A stretch of DNA of 64,000 bases. It comes from Shigella phage vB_SsoM_113. Where the stretch lies: the sequence record LR746311; one strand, given 5' to 3'. How positions within the stretch are numbered: position 1 is the stretch's first letter; each line of letters opens with the position of its first letter. The notes under the pieces were generated by a model, which did no database searches, was not told where the DNA came from, and saw only the letters and a program-made list of their open reading frames with translations. The translations under genes and the position numbers were made by a program. Shown in pieces: positions 19,668 through 27,870 of this stretch.

Positions 19668-19925
19668 ATGCATATCGTTTTATTTAAACCTACTCCGTAT
19701 AATGTCAGGAAAAATACTCAATTCAAAGCACTTATTGCAGATACGTGGGAATTAGTATTAGATATTCCGGCAGAAGAAAGCCCTCCATTTGGTCGAGTGG
19801 AATTTATTAAGTTTGTTGTGCGCCCTACAAAGCGACAGATTCGTCAATGCAAAAGATACTTTCGTAAAATCGCCAAGTTAGAGAAACAGTTTGTAACATG
19901 TGATTATGCAGAAGTTTTAAAATAA
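19668..19925 (+). CDS. small basic protein (85 aa; position of T4 61.4)
   Basis: GAGGA RBS, ATG 19668; C-terminus rich in K/R (RPTKRQIRQCKRYFRK). Confidence 0.5.
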   Translation: MHIVLFKPTPYNVRKNTQFKALIADTWELVLDIPAEESPPFGRVEFIKFVVRPTKRQIRQCKRYFRKIAKLEKQFVTCDYAEVLK

Positions 19926-19926
19926 C

Positions 19927-19956
19927 TGTTTACTTTTATTGGAAATTGAGATACTA
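19927..19956 (+). promoter_or_regulatory. T4-type early promoter (sp)
   Basis: GTTTAC 19927-19932, 18-nt spacer, TACTAT 19951-19956. Confidence 0.5.
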
Positions 19957-19985
19957 TATAAACATAAACTACTGAGGAGATTATC

Positions 19986-20279
19986 ATGAAAAAATTTATC
20001 TTTGCTGCAATTTTTGCTTTATCTTCTTGCGCTGCTCAGCCTGCTATGGCGGGTTATGACAAAGATTTGTGCGAATGGTCTATGACTGCAGATCAGACTG
20101 AAGTTGAAATTCAAATTGAAGCGGATATTATGAATATCGTTGAACGTGATCGTCCTGAAATGAAAGCTGAAGTGCAAAAACAACTTAAATCTGGTGGTGT
20201 AATGCAGTATAATTATGTTCTGTATTGCGATAAAAACTTTAATAATAAAAATATCATCGCTGAAGTGGTAGGTGAGTAA
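19986..20279 (+). CDS. sp: Spackle periplasmic protein (superinfection exclusion)
   Basis: 97 aa with cleavable signal peptide, at T4 61.3 position. Confidence 0.8.
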   Translation: MKKFIFAAIFALSSCAAQPAMAGYDKDLCEWSMTADQTEVEIQIEADIMNIVERDRPEMKAEVQKQLKSGGVMQYNYVLYCDKNFNNKNIIAEVVGE

Positions 20280-20291
20280 TTAGAGGTTAGT

Positions 20292-20648
20292 ATGTATAGT
20301 TCTGAATTTTCATATTTAAAAATGGAAAAAATTTCATACGATTTTATAGATGAAAAGGTTTATTACAGCTTCCATGAACCACGTTTTAATAGTGAGGTTG
20401 GGTTTATTATAGTAAAAGACAATTTCATTTTAAAAATATATTCGGCATTAAAGGATTTTCACTACGAAAATATTAACCTAAAATTTGATAAAGAAAACGT
20501 TCGTAATTGCGCAGTAACAATTACAGGAAATAAAGGTACATGCGTTATGCTATCTGATGAAATTAATGATTTGTTAAATGATGTAGAAAAAGTTGCTATT
20601 CCATCGATTGATGACCAAATTTTTAATGCTTTTATGAATAGAGGTTAA
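20292..20648 (+). CDS. hypothetical protein (118 aa; position of T4 61.2)
   Basis: ATG ORF with AGAGG RBS. Confidence 0.6.
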   Translation: MYSSEFSYLKMEKISYDFIDEKVYYSFHEPRFNSEVGFIIVKDNFILKIYSALKDFHYENINLKFDKENVRNCAVTITGNKGTCVMLSDEINDLLNDVEKVAIPSIDDQIFNAFMNRG

Positions 20649-20649
20649 T

Positions 20650-20814
20650 ATGAAAACATATAAAGAATTTATTAAAGAAGATATGGTAGCTGGAGATTCA
20701 GGTGGTAATCCTGAAAATATCTCCACTGGAACAACGTCAGGTGCTGTAGTAAATAAAGGTCCTGAACAGATTCCTAAAAAGAAAAAAGAGGAATCTAAAG
20801 AAAAAGAAGAGTAA
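20650..20814 (+). CDS. hypothetical protein (54 aa, Lys/Glu-rich tail)
   Basis: GAGG RBS, ATG 20650; not in track. Confidence 0.45.
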   Translation: MKTYKEFIKEDMVAGDSGGNPENISTGTTSGAVVNKGPEQIPKKKKEESKEKEE

Positions 20815-20816
20815 AA

Positions 20817-21845
20817 ATGTCATCAATACCTTGGATTGATAATGAGTTTGCATACCGTGCATTGGCTCATTTACCTAAATTCGCACAAGTAAATAATAGT
20901 TCAACTTTTAAATTACGGTTTAGATGTCCTGTTTGTGGAGATTCAAAAACCGACCAAAATAAAGCCCGTGGATGGTATTATGGTGATAATAATGAAGGAA
21001 ATATTCACTGTTATAACTGTAACTATCATGCACCAATCGGAATATATTTAAAGGAGTTTGAACCTGATTTATATCGTGAGTATATCTTTGAAATAAGAAA
21101 AGAAAAAGGTAAAAGTCGTCCAGTAGAAAAACCTAAAGAACTTCCTAAACAACCTGAGAAGAAAATAATTAAATCTCTTCCGTCATGCATTAGATTAGAT
21201 AAACTGGCGGAAGACCATCCAATTATAAAATATGTAAAAGCTCGTTGTATTCCAAAGGATAAATGGAAATATCTTTGGTTTACAACCGAATGGCCTAAAT
21301 TAGTTAATAGTATAGCGCCAGGAACATATAAAAAGGAAATACCTGAGCCTCGTCTTGTTATTCCAATTTATAATGCTAACGGAAAAGCTGAGTCTTTTCA
21401 AGGACGTGCATTAAAGAAAGATGCTCCTCAAAAATATATCACCATCAAAGCTTATCCTGAGGCAACAAAAATTTATGGAGTCGAACGAGTCAAAGATGGT
21501 GATGTATATGTTCTAGAAGGACCTATAGATTCACTTTTTATTGAAAATGGTATAGCTATTACGGGTGGTCAATTAGACCTAGAAATTGTTCCATTTAAAG
21601 ATAGACGTGTGTGGGTTTTAGATAATGAACCTCGTCACCCTGACACTATTAAACGAATGACTAAATTGGTTGATGCAGGAGAAAGGGTTATGTTTTGGGA
21701 TAAATCTCCCTGGAAATCAAAAGATGTTAATGATATGATTAGAAAGGAAGGTGCAACCCCTAAACAAATTATGGAATATATGAAAAATAATATTGCCCAA
21801 GGGTTGATGGCTAAAATGCGGCTATCTAAATATGCTAAGATTTAA
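20817..21845 (+). CDS. 61: DNA primase gp61
   Basis: 342 aa, zinc-binding CPVCGDS, Toprim region, recognised as T4 gp61. Confidence 0.95.
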   Translation: MSSIPWIDNEFAYRALAHLPKFAQVNNSSTFKLRFRCPVCGDSKTDQNKARGWYYGDNNEGNIHCYNCNYHAPIGIYLKEFEPDLYREYIFEIRKEKGKSRPVEKPKELPKQPEKKIIKSLPSCIRLDKLAEDHPIIKYVKARCIPKDKWKYLWFTTEWPKLVNSIAPGTYKKEIPEPRLVIPIYNANGKAESFQGRALKKDAPQKYITIKAYPEATKIYGVERVKDGDVYVLEGPIDSLFIENGIAITGGQLDLEIVPFKDRRVWVLDNEPRHPDTIKRMTKLVDAGERVMFWDKSPWKSKDVNDMIRKEGATPKQIMEYMKNNIAQGLMAKMRLSKYAKI

Positions 21846-22042
21846 ATTAACCCAACTAAAGCAAATGCTAAATCTACGAATGTATCAAGAGTAATTACTG
21901 GAATATTAACGCCATGAGCAATAGCAATTGGCGATAAAACAAAATTCCAGAGTAAAATTCCTACCATAGCAGAAATAGTAAAAGCTATACGTTTTTTATT
22001 ACCTTTTATGGCATTAACAAGTGCCATTAATTTTTGTACCAT
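21842..22042 (-). CDS. small membrane protein (66 aa), antisense to the early operon
   Basis: AAGGAGG RBS 5 nt before ATG; two hydrophobic segments; late-promoter-like AATAAATA upstream; stop overlaps gene 61 stop. Confidence 0.5.
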   Translation of the reverse strand: MVQKLMALVNAIKGNKKRIAFTISAMVGILLWNFVLSPIAIAHGVNIPVITLDTFVDLAFALVGLI

Positions 22043-22055
22043 ATGTCCTCCTTAT

Positions 22056-22079
22056 TGCTTTATATATTTATTGTATAAT
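22056..22079 (+). promoter_or_regulatory. MotA-dependent middle promoter of gene 56
   Basis: TGCTTTA 22056-22062, 11-nt spacer, TATAAT 22074-22079. Confidence 0.55.
22065..22072 (-). promoter_or_regulatory. late-promoter-like element AATAAATA (one mismatch to TATAAATA)
   Basis: about 22 nt before the ATG of the minus-strand ORF. Confidence 0.35.
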
Positions 22080-22113
22080 TAATCTACTAACCCATGAATT
22101 GAAAGGAAAAATA

Positions 22114-22632
22114 ATGGCTTACTTTAATGAATGTAGTCAACTGATTGAAGGCGCTGATAAAGCTCAAAATGAATACTGGGATATTCTCGGCGATGAAAAA
22201 GACCCGCTGCAGGTTATGCTTGATATGCAGAAATCTCTGCAGGTTCGTTTAGCTAAAGATAAACCTGAATATAACCGTCATCCTGATGATTTGGCTACTG
22301 CAGGTGAAGTTGTTGATTGGCTGCGTAATCAGAAAGATTATATTGATGATGAATTCCGCGAACTTCTGACTTCTCTTGGTGGTATGAGCAATGGCGAAAA
22401 AGATGCATCTGCTGTATGGAAGCCTTGGAAGTCGCAACACGGTGAACGTCGTGAAACTCTGATTACTGATTTGTCTCCACAAGACCAGTTGGAAATTAAA
22501 TTCGAAATGATTGATATTCTTCATTTCGTTCTGAACATGTTCCAAGGCCTCGGTCTTACGGCTGAAGAAATCTTTAAACTTTATTATCTGAAAAATGCTG
22601 AAAACTTCGCTCGTCAAGACCGAGGTTATTAA
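22114..22632 (+). CDS. 56: dCTPase/dUTPase gp56
   Basis: 172 aa from ATG 22114 (MAYFNECSQLIEGADKAQNEYWDILGDEKDPLQVM), recognised as T4 gp56. Confidence 0.93.
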   Translation: MAYFNECSQLIEGADKAQNEYWDILGDEKDPLQVMLDMQKSLQVRLAKDKPEYNRHPDDLATAGEVVDWLRNQKDYIDDEFRELLTSLGGMSNGEKDASAVWKPWKSQHGERRETLITDLSPQDQLEIKFEMIDILHFVLNMFQGLGLTAEEIFKLYYLKNAENFARQDRGY

Positions 22633-22856
22633 TGGCTCGTTTAAATAAACGCCAGCTTAAGAAAGCCCACAAGAAACGTATTGACCAGCTATTTAAAAAT
22701 TATGACAAGGAGCTCACATACGAGCTCTTATCTAATCAGCTTCGTGCAGTTGATTGGGGTGTAGAAGAAGGTCTTGATGAAATTTTTGTCAGTAAAGAAG
22801 CCTTAAAATTAATTATAGAGCATTCAAATGAAAATATCCAAAGAAGAATTTATTAG
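22632..22856 (+). CDS. hypothetical protein (74 aa)
   Basis: TAATG coupling to gene 56. Confidence 0.5.
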   Translation: MARLNKRQLKKAHKKRIDQLFKNYDKELTYELLSNQLRAVDWGVEEGLDEIFVSKEALKLIIEHSNENIQRRIY

Positions 22857-23001
22857 ACGACAAAAAGCTTTAATTAATTTATACGAGTGGTATGCCTATC
22901 AACTTAAAGTAGATAGCTCTAATATAAATGCTGTAATGGCTTTATATAAACAAATTCAAGATGAACACGAATTCCTGGCACAAGTTTTCATTGAAGACTG
23001 A
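22828..23001 (+). CDS. possible small ORF (57 aa)
   Basis: ATG ORF overlapping previous gene; weak RBS. Confidence 0.25.
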   Translation: MKISKEEFIRRQKALINLYEWYAYQLKVDSSNINAVMALYKQIQDEHEFLAQVFIED

Positions 23002-23002
23002 T

Positions 23003-23010
23003 ATAAATAC
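23003..23010 (+). promoter_or_regulatory. late promoter TATAAATA (soc)
   Basis: exact TATAAATA 31 nt before soc ATG, followed by AAAGGAG RBS. Confidence 0.7.
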
Positions 23011-23040
23011 ACCTGTAATTAAACAATAAAGGAGTTTATT

Positions 23041-23277
23041 ATGGGTGGTTTCGTTAACATCAAGACCTTTACTCATCCAGCGGGTGAAGGCAAAGAAGTT
23101 AAAGGTATGGAAGTTTCTGTTCCGTTTGAAATTTATTCTAACGAGCATCGTATCGCAGATTCTCATTATCAAATCTTTCCGTCAGAAAAAGCAGCTTATT
23201 CTGATGTAGTTTCCGATGCAGCAACTTGGAAAACTAAGAATACTGCAATGTTTACGCCTACAGAAATAGGTGGTTAA
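23041..23277 (+). CDS. soc: small outer capsid protein Soc
   Basis: 78 aa with VNIKTF ... HYQ.FPSEKAAYS resembling T4 Soc; late promoter and strong terminator. Confidence 0.8.
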   Translation: MGGFVNIKTFTHPAGEGKEVKGMEVSVPFEIYSNEHRIADSHYQIFPSEKAAYSDVVSDAATWKTKNTAMFTPTEIGG

Positions 23278-23282
23278 AATTC

Positions 23283-23308
23283 AAGGACTCCTTCGGGAGT
23301 CCTTTTTT
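23283..23308 (+). terminator. rho-independent terminator after soc
   Basis: 9-bp stem aaggactcc/ggagtcctt, TTCG loop, T6 tract. Confidence 0.75.
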
Positions 23309-23318
23309 CATTTTACCT

Positions 23319-23348
23319 GTTTACTTTCCAAAATGAGTATGGTATAAT
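23319..23348 (+). promoter_or_regulatory. T4-type early promoter
   Basis: GTTTAC 23319-23324, 18-nt spacer, TATAAT 23343-23348. Confidence 0.55.
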
Positions 23349-23374
23349 AGAATTATCTTACAGAGGAGAGCACT

Positions 23375-23581
23375 ATGTTAAATCGCTGGATTAAACCAAA
23401 TGAAGATTTAGATATTATCATTTCACGGCATGTAATGAAGAAATATGAACTACAGCCATGGTCTACAGAAGTTGTTGTGCATTCATTTATGATGTACGCA
23501 GATGGTTCTGTCGAATTTAATGCAGAGATTCGATATGATTATGGCGAGAAGCAAGTTGAATTCAAAAGAGGCTTTTTGTAA
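23375..23581 (+). CDS. hypothetical protein (68 aa)
   Basis: GAGGAGAG RBS, ATG 23375. Confidence 0.5.
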   Translation: MLNRWIKPNEDLDIIISRHVMKKYELQPWSTEVVVHSFMMYADGSVEFNAEIRYDYGEKQVEFKRGFL

Positions 23582-23919
23582 TGTTTATCTTTAATTGGTT
23601 TAAAAGTTTCTTTACGGATTTTTTCTCTACGACTCCCGGAGAAGGTGTAGTTCCTATTTCAAATGACTACCTTCCTTTAACTGTAGTTGAATATGTTTAT
23701 ATGGGAGATGGAACAGTAGAAGCAGTTACTATGACTTATGAAGAAGCCCAGGAATATTATAAAAATCCTTGGCGTTGGTCAACACCTACATCATCTAATA
23801 CGCAGAATACACAGTCTAGTTCTGATTCATATGATACTAATGTTCCTGTTCATGTGTGGACGGGCGATTCATGTGGAAGTTCTTGTGATTCTAGTTGTTC
23901 ATCTACATCTTGTGATTGA
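23581..23919 (+). CDS. hypothetical protein (112 aa) with Cys/Ser-rich C-terminal tail
   Basis: TAATG-coupled; C-terminus [18 protein letters not shown]. Confidence 0.5.
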   Translation: MFIFNWFKSFFTDFFSTTPGEGVVPISNDYLPLTVVEYVYMGDGTVEAVTMTYEEAQEYYKNPWRWSTPTSSNTQNTQSSSDSYDTNVPVHVWTGDSCGSSCDSSCSSTSCD

Positions 23920-23927
23920 GGAAAATT

Positions 23928-24413
23928 ATGGAAGCAATTTTGTTTGAAATGTATATTAGCAGTGATAGCATGGCGTTTGCTAAAGATATTCCAATTACAG
24001 TAGCAGTAATAATTGATAAAAGATATGATAATAACATGTATCTAGTAGAAGATTTTATTTCAATGCCAGTTCCAGAAGATGTTGAAATAAAACTTAAAAA
24101 GATCGGAATTATTGAAACTGTACGAAATTCTCCATTTATGTCAATTCAAGCATTTACTAAATCTAACTATATTGATGTTGCTGAATCATATTATAACAAT
24201 AAACCATTGCCATTATATTCATATGATTCAGTATATGACTGGAAAATAGATAAAGGAAATAAATTTATAATTACGGAAGAAAATGCGCTGTCATATTTTA
24301 TTACCTCTTTATGGAATAGTTTAAATCCAAATTTGCTAAAAATTCATAAATTTGACGATGCTCCTACTATTGTTTTAGGTAAAACAAATGAAAGTTCTGA
24401 AGAAGATGCTTGA
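23928..24413 (+). CDS. hypothetical protein (161 aa)
   Basis: GAGGAAA RBS, ATG 23928. Confidence 0.55.
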   Translation: MEAILFEMYISSDSMAFAKDIPITVAVIIDKRYDNNMYLVEDFISMPVPEDVEIKLKKIGIIETVRNSPFMSIQAFTKSNYIDVAESYYNNKPLPLYSYDSVYDWKIDKGNKFIITEENALSYFITSLWNSLNPNLLKIHKFDDAPTIVLGKTNESSEEDA

Positions 24414-24591
24414 ATGGTTCAATAGACCAAACTCAATGTATATTGATGATGGTTGGGTTGAACAAGCAAATAAAGAAATGCAGAACGAATCGGAAGAATG
24501 GATGAAATCAATGATTAGTGCTGAGAAAGAAAAGAAATTAGAACGCTCAGCGCTTAAATTGATGAGAGACATCTATGGGGATAAATCATGA
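24406..24591 (+). CDS. hypothetical protein (about 61 aa), start uncertain (alternative 24388)
   Basis: ORF overlapping previous stop. Confidence 0.4.
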   Translation: MLEWFNRPNSMYIDDGWVEQANKEMQNESEEWMKSMISAEKEKKLERSALKLMRDIYGDKS

Positions 24592-24752
24592 ACAGAGATA
24601 TGACATTAGAAGAGGCTAAAGCTAAAGCAAATGAAGCAATGGATTTGCTTCTTAAAATTGGCAGTAAAATGATGGAAGAAAATGAGAAATATATCCAGGA
24701 AAACAAAATTCCTGACGGTCCATTAGTAGGCAAAAGGAAATCACATGATTGA
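24588..24752 (+). CDS. hypothetical protein (54 aa)
   Basis: ATGA-coupled at both ends; not in track. Confidence 0.35.
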   Translation: MNRDMTLEEAKAKANEAMDLLLKIGSKMMEENEKYIQENKIPDGPLVGKRKSHD

Positions 24753-25215
24753 AGTAGCAAAACATTATTCAATAGAATTTATGTCTAAAGAAGGTAAATC
24801 AGTAAATGCACTTGATAAAAAATGCTCATTAATTATTCCTTTAGTAGAAAATCCGGATCTTTTAATTAAAGATATAAAAGAAAGAAAATATCCAGAAAAT
24901 GTTATTCTAATTATAAAGCATACTGAAGATATTTTACAGAATACTGATTCACCGTTTTCTTCTTCTGAAGCTTTAACTATTAAAGGCTATAAAAGAGCCC
25001 ATGAATATGGTCTTTTTGACCTGTTTGAAGACGATAAAGTTAAATTAGCGAGTCAACCTTCTAAAAGTAAAACATTCATTATTGAAGATATTAAAGATAT
25101 AAATGCATTTGTTAAGATGGTCTGGGCTCATTTTGACGTTGGACTACGCTGGAGAATATCCGAAGAAGAAAGAAAGATTATTGAAGCTAATCGTTATTTT
25201 GGTTTTTATCGCTAG
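24745..25215 (+). CDS. hypothetical protein (156 aa)
   Basis: ATG ORF coupled to upstream ORF. Confidence 0.55.
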   Translation: MIEVAKHYSIEFMSKEGKSVNALDKKCSLIIPLVENPDLLIKDIKERKYPENVILIIKHTEDILQNTDSPFSSSEALTIKGYKRAHEYGLFDLFEDDKVKLASQPSKSKTFIIEDIKDINAFVKMVWAHFDVGLRWRISEEERKIIEANRYFGFYR

Positions 25216-25223
25216 GAATTAGT

Positions 25224-25406
25224 ATGGATTTATTTGAGATGTTAGAAGATAATCATTCTACGAATATCCAGAATGATTCTAGTGATTATAAGAAAGAGTA
25301 CCGTATAGTATTACAGAATTATGGAATTGAAGCCCCAGATGCTCTTCTAGAAGAACTAGCTTCATACCATCTTGACCCTCCGCCTTGGGCTCCCTGGGCA
25401 AAATAA
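25224..25406 (+). CDS. hypothetical protein (60 aa)
   Basis: AGGA RBS, ATG 25224. Confidence 0.45.
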   Translation: MDLFEMLEDNHSTNIQNDSSDYKKEYRIVLQNYGIEAPDALLEELASYHLDPPPWAPWAK

Positions 25407-25417
25407 TTCAAAAAGTT

Positions 25418-25447
25418 GTTTACTTTCCTTCCTAACAATGATATGAT
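25418..25447 (+). promoter_or_regulatory. T4-type early promoter (modB)
   Basis: GTTTAC 25418-25423, 18-nt spacer, TATGAT 25442-25447. Confidence 0.5.
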
Positions 25448-25473
25448 AGCTTCTGAAGTATATGGAGGCTATC

Positions 25474-26097
25474 ATGATTATTAATCTCGCAGATGTTGAA
25501 CAGTTATCTATAAAAGCTGAAAGTGTTGATTTTCAATATGATATGTACAAAATGGTCTGTGAAAAATTTACTGACTTTGAACAGTCAGTTCTTTGGCAGT
25601 GTATGGAAGCCAAAAAGAATGAAGCTCTTCATCGGCAGTTGAATAAAATCGTTAAAAAGCATTTAACTAAATCGCCTTATCAGCTATATCGTGGTATATC
25701 AAAATCGACAAAAGAACTCATTAAAGATTTACAAGTTGGAGAAGTGTTTTCAACGAACAGAGTAGATTCATTTACTACTAGTTTGCACACAGCATGTGGT
25801 TTTTCTTATGTTGAATATTCCACTGAAATAATATTTCGCTTAAAAACTGACAAAGCTTTTAATTATTCTGACCATATCAGCGATATTATACTTTCTTCTC
25901 CTAATACTGAGTTTAAGTATACATATGAAGATACTGATGGATTAGATTCAGAACGTACTGATAACTTAATGATGATTGTACGTGAACAAGAATGGATGAT
26001 TCCAATTGGAAAGTATAAAATAACTTCTATTTCAAAAGAAAAATTACACGATTCATTTGGAACATTTAAAGTGTATGATATTGAGGTAGTTGAATGA
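25474..26097 (+). CDS. modB: ADP-ribosyltransferase ModB
   Basis: 207 aa from ATG 25474; ART R-S-E signature (YRG, STS-like, EQEWM). Confidence 0.85.
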   Translation: MIINLADVEQLSIKAESVDFQYDMYKMVCEKFTDFEQSVLWQCMEAKKNEALHRQLNKIVKKHLTKSPYQLYRGISKSTKELIKDLQVGEVFSTNRVDSFTTSLHTACGFSYVEYSTEIIFRLKTDKAFNYSDHISDIILSSPNTEFKYTYEDTDGLDSERTDNLMMIVREQEWMIPIGKYKITSISKEKLHDSFGTFKVYDIEVVE

Positions 26098-26696
26098 AAT
26101 ATTCAGCAATGCAATTAAAAGATTTTAAAATAAAATCAATGGATGCATCGGTGCGTGCTTCTATTCGTGAAGAATTACTTTCTGAAGGATTTAATTTATC
26201 CGAAATTGAACTTTTAATTCATTGTATTACTAATAAGCCAGACGATCATTCTTGGTTAAATGAAATAATCAAATCTCGTTTGGTTCCAAACGATAAACCT
26301 CTTTGGAGAGGTGTTCCAGTTGAGACTAAGAAGGTGTTAAATCAAGGAATTGATATTATTACATTTGATAAAGTAGTATCAGCTTCATATGATAAAAATA
26401 TAGCTCTACATTTTGCTTCTGGATTAGAATACAACACACAAGTTATTTTTGAATTCAAAGCTCCTATGGTGTTTAATTTCCAGGAGTATGCTATAAAAGC
26501 TTTACGTTGTAAAGAATATAGCCCGAGTTTTAAATTTCCGGATAGCCATCGTTATCGTAATATGGAATTAGTTTCAGATGAACAAGAAGTAATGATACCA
26601 GCTGGAAGTGTATTTAGAATTGCGGATAGATACGAGTATAAAAAGTATTCAACATACACTATCTATACTCTTGATTTTGAAGGATTTAATCTATAA
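26094..26696 (+). CDS. modA: ADP-ribosyltransferase ModA
   Basis: 200-aa paralogue of ModB (WRG ... EQEVMIP), ATGA-coupled. Confidence 0.85.
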   Translation: MKYSAMQLKDFKIKSMDASVRASIREELLSEGFNLSEIELLIHCITNKPDDHSWLNEIIKSRLVPNDKPLWRGVPVETKKVLNQGIDIITFDKVVSASYDKNIALHFASGLEYNTQVIFEFKAPMVFNFQEYAIKALRCKEYSPSFKFPDSHRYRNMELVSDEQEVMIPAGSVFRIADRYEYKKYSTYTIYTLDFEGFNL

Positions 26697-26751
26697 TGGA
26701 AGGACTTAGATTCATTATACCATGAAAGTTTTAAAGCATTTTCATAAAGTT

Positions 26752-26781
26752 GTTTACAAGTTGAAGTAAAAATGTTATAGT
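26752..26781 (+). promoter_or_regulatory. T4-type early promoter (srd)
   Basis: GTTTAC 26752-26757, 18-nt spacer, TATAGT 26776-26781. Confidence 0.5.
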
Positions 26782-26810
26782 ATAAGTAGTTAACCGTCCG
26801 TGAGAAAAAT

Positions 26811-27557
26811 ATGAAACTGTCTAAAAATCAAATTCGTAAAATTACACGTCGTCTAGAGCATACCCAGGCATCTGCTAAAAGACGTTCTAAAGATTTTAAC
26901 TTAGACTTCAATTACATTAAGAACATTTTAGATCAGAAAGTTTGCGCTTACTCGGGAGAACCTTTTGATAATCGTATTGAAGGAGAGAAATTATCATTAG
27001 AACGTTTTGATAATAACGTTGGATACATTAAAGGGAATGTTATTGCAGTAAAGAAAAAGTACAATACATTTCGTTCTGATTATACTTTAGAAGAGTTGAT
27101 TGAAAAGCGTGATTTATTTGCTTTGCGAATTGGTCGTTCATCTGCGAAAAAAGTTCATAAACTAAATTTAGATGAAAAGAAATGGGCTAAAATCAAAAAG
27201 ACTTATAATCAAATTAAAGCTATACAGAAAAAACGTGAAAACCGAATTGAGCACATTTCTCAGCTTTCTAAATCAAAACAGACCTCTGACGTTAAGCTAA
27301 CGATTGTAGCACTCAAAGCTCGTATTGATGGTTCTCGTATAGCAGAAGGTGCTGAAGTTGTTAAATTGAACGTTCTTCTTAAAGGCTCTGATTGGAAAAC
27401 TGTGAAAAAGTTGTCAGAAGCAGAAATGCAATATGATATGTGTGATAAAATTATTCAAGGTGTAGAGCGGTATCAAAACTTGTCTTTTATTGATAAACTT
27501 AAACTAAAAAGAGGATATCCGCTAAATTGTTCAATTTTTAAACTTATCCGAGGATAA
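26811..27557 (+). CDS. srd: Srd (sigma-factor-like early protein)
   Basis: 248-aa basic protein at T4 srd position between modA and dda.1. Confidence 0.75.
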   Translation: MKLSKNQIRKITRRLEHTQASAKRRSKDFNLDFNYIKNILDQKVCAYSGEPFDNRIEGEKLSLERFDNNVGYIKGNVIAVKKKYNTFRSDYTLEELIEKRDLFALRIGRSSAKKVHKLNLDEKKWAKIKKTYNQIKAIQKKRENRIEHISQLSKSKQTSDVKLTIVALKARIDGSRIAEGAEVVKLNVLLKGSDWKTVKKLSEAEMQYDMCDKIIQGVERYQNLSFIDKLKLKRGYPLNCSIFKLIRG

Positions 27558-27558
27558 T

Positions 27559-27870
27559 ATGTTTTATGTATATGCGATAGTGTATAGAGACAAAGATGGA
27601 TTTGCAGTGCCTGTTCCTCTTGATGAACACCGCCCTGCTGTATTTTTTGAAAGGGAGATTGCTGATAAAGTATTTACCACTCTTAAAGAGCAGTATCGAC
27701 TAGCTTTGGGTATGGGAATTCCGAGATTAGTTGAGACTCCACGTAAGTTTTGGTTTAATAAAATAGAAGTTAAACATGTTAAGCCTGATGTAGACACGCA
27801 AAGATTATATCGGCGAATTTTAGATACTGGGCGTATTGTTAGTATACCAATTGCAGGGAATTTACGATGA
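27559..27870 (+). CDS. hypothetical protein (103 aa; position of T4 dda.1)
   Basis: GAGGA RBS; coupled to dda. Confidence 0.6.
   Translation: MFYVYAIVYRDKDGFAVPVPLDEHRPAVFFEREIADKVFTTLKEQYRLALGMGIPRLVETPRKFWFNKIEVKHVKPDVDTQRLYRRILDTGRIVSIPIAGNLR

Noticed and set aside
21846-22113. dam DNA adenine methyltransferase expected between 61 and 56
   Set aside because: No ORF with FxGxG or DPPY motifs exists here or anywhere in the window; the interval is only about 270 bp.
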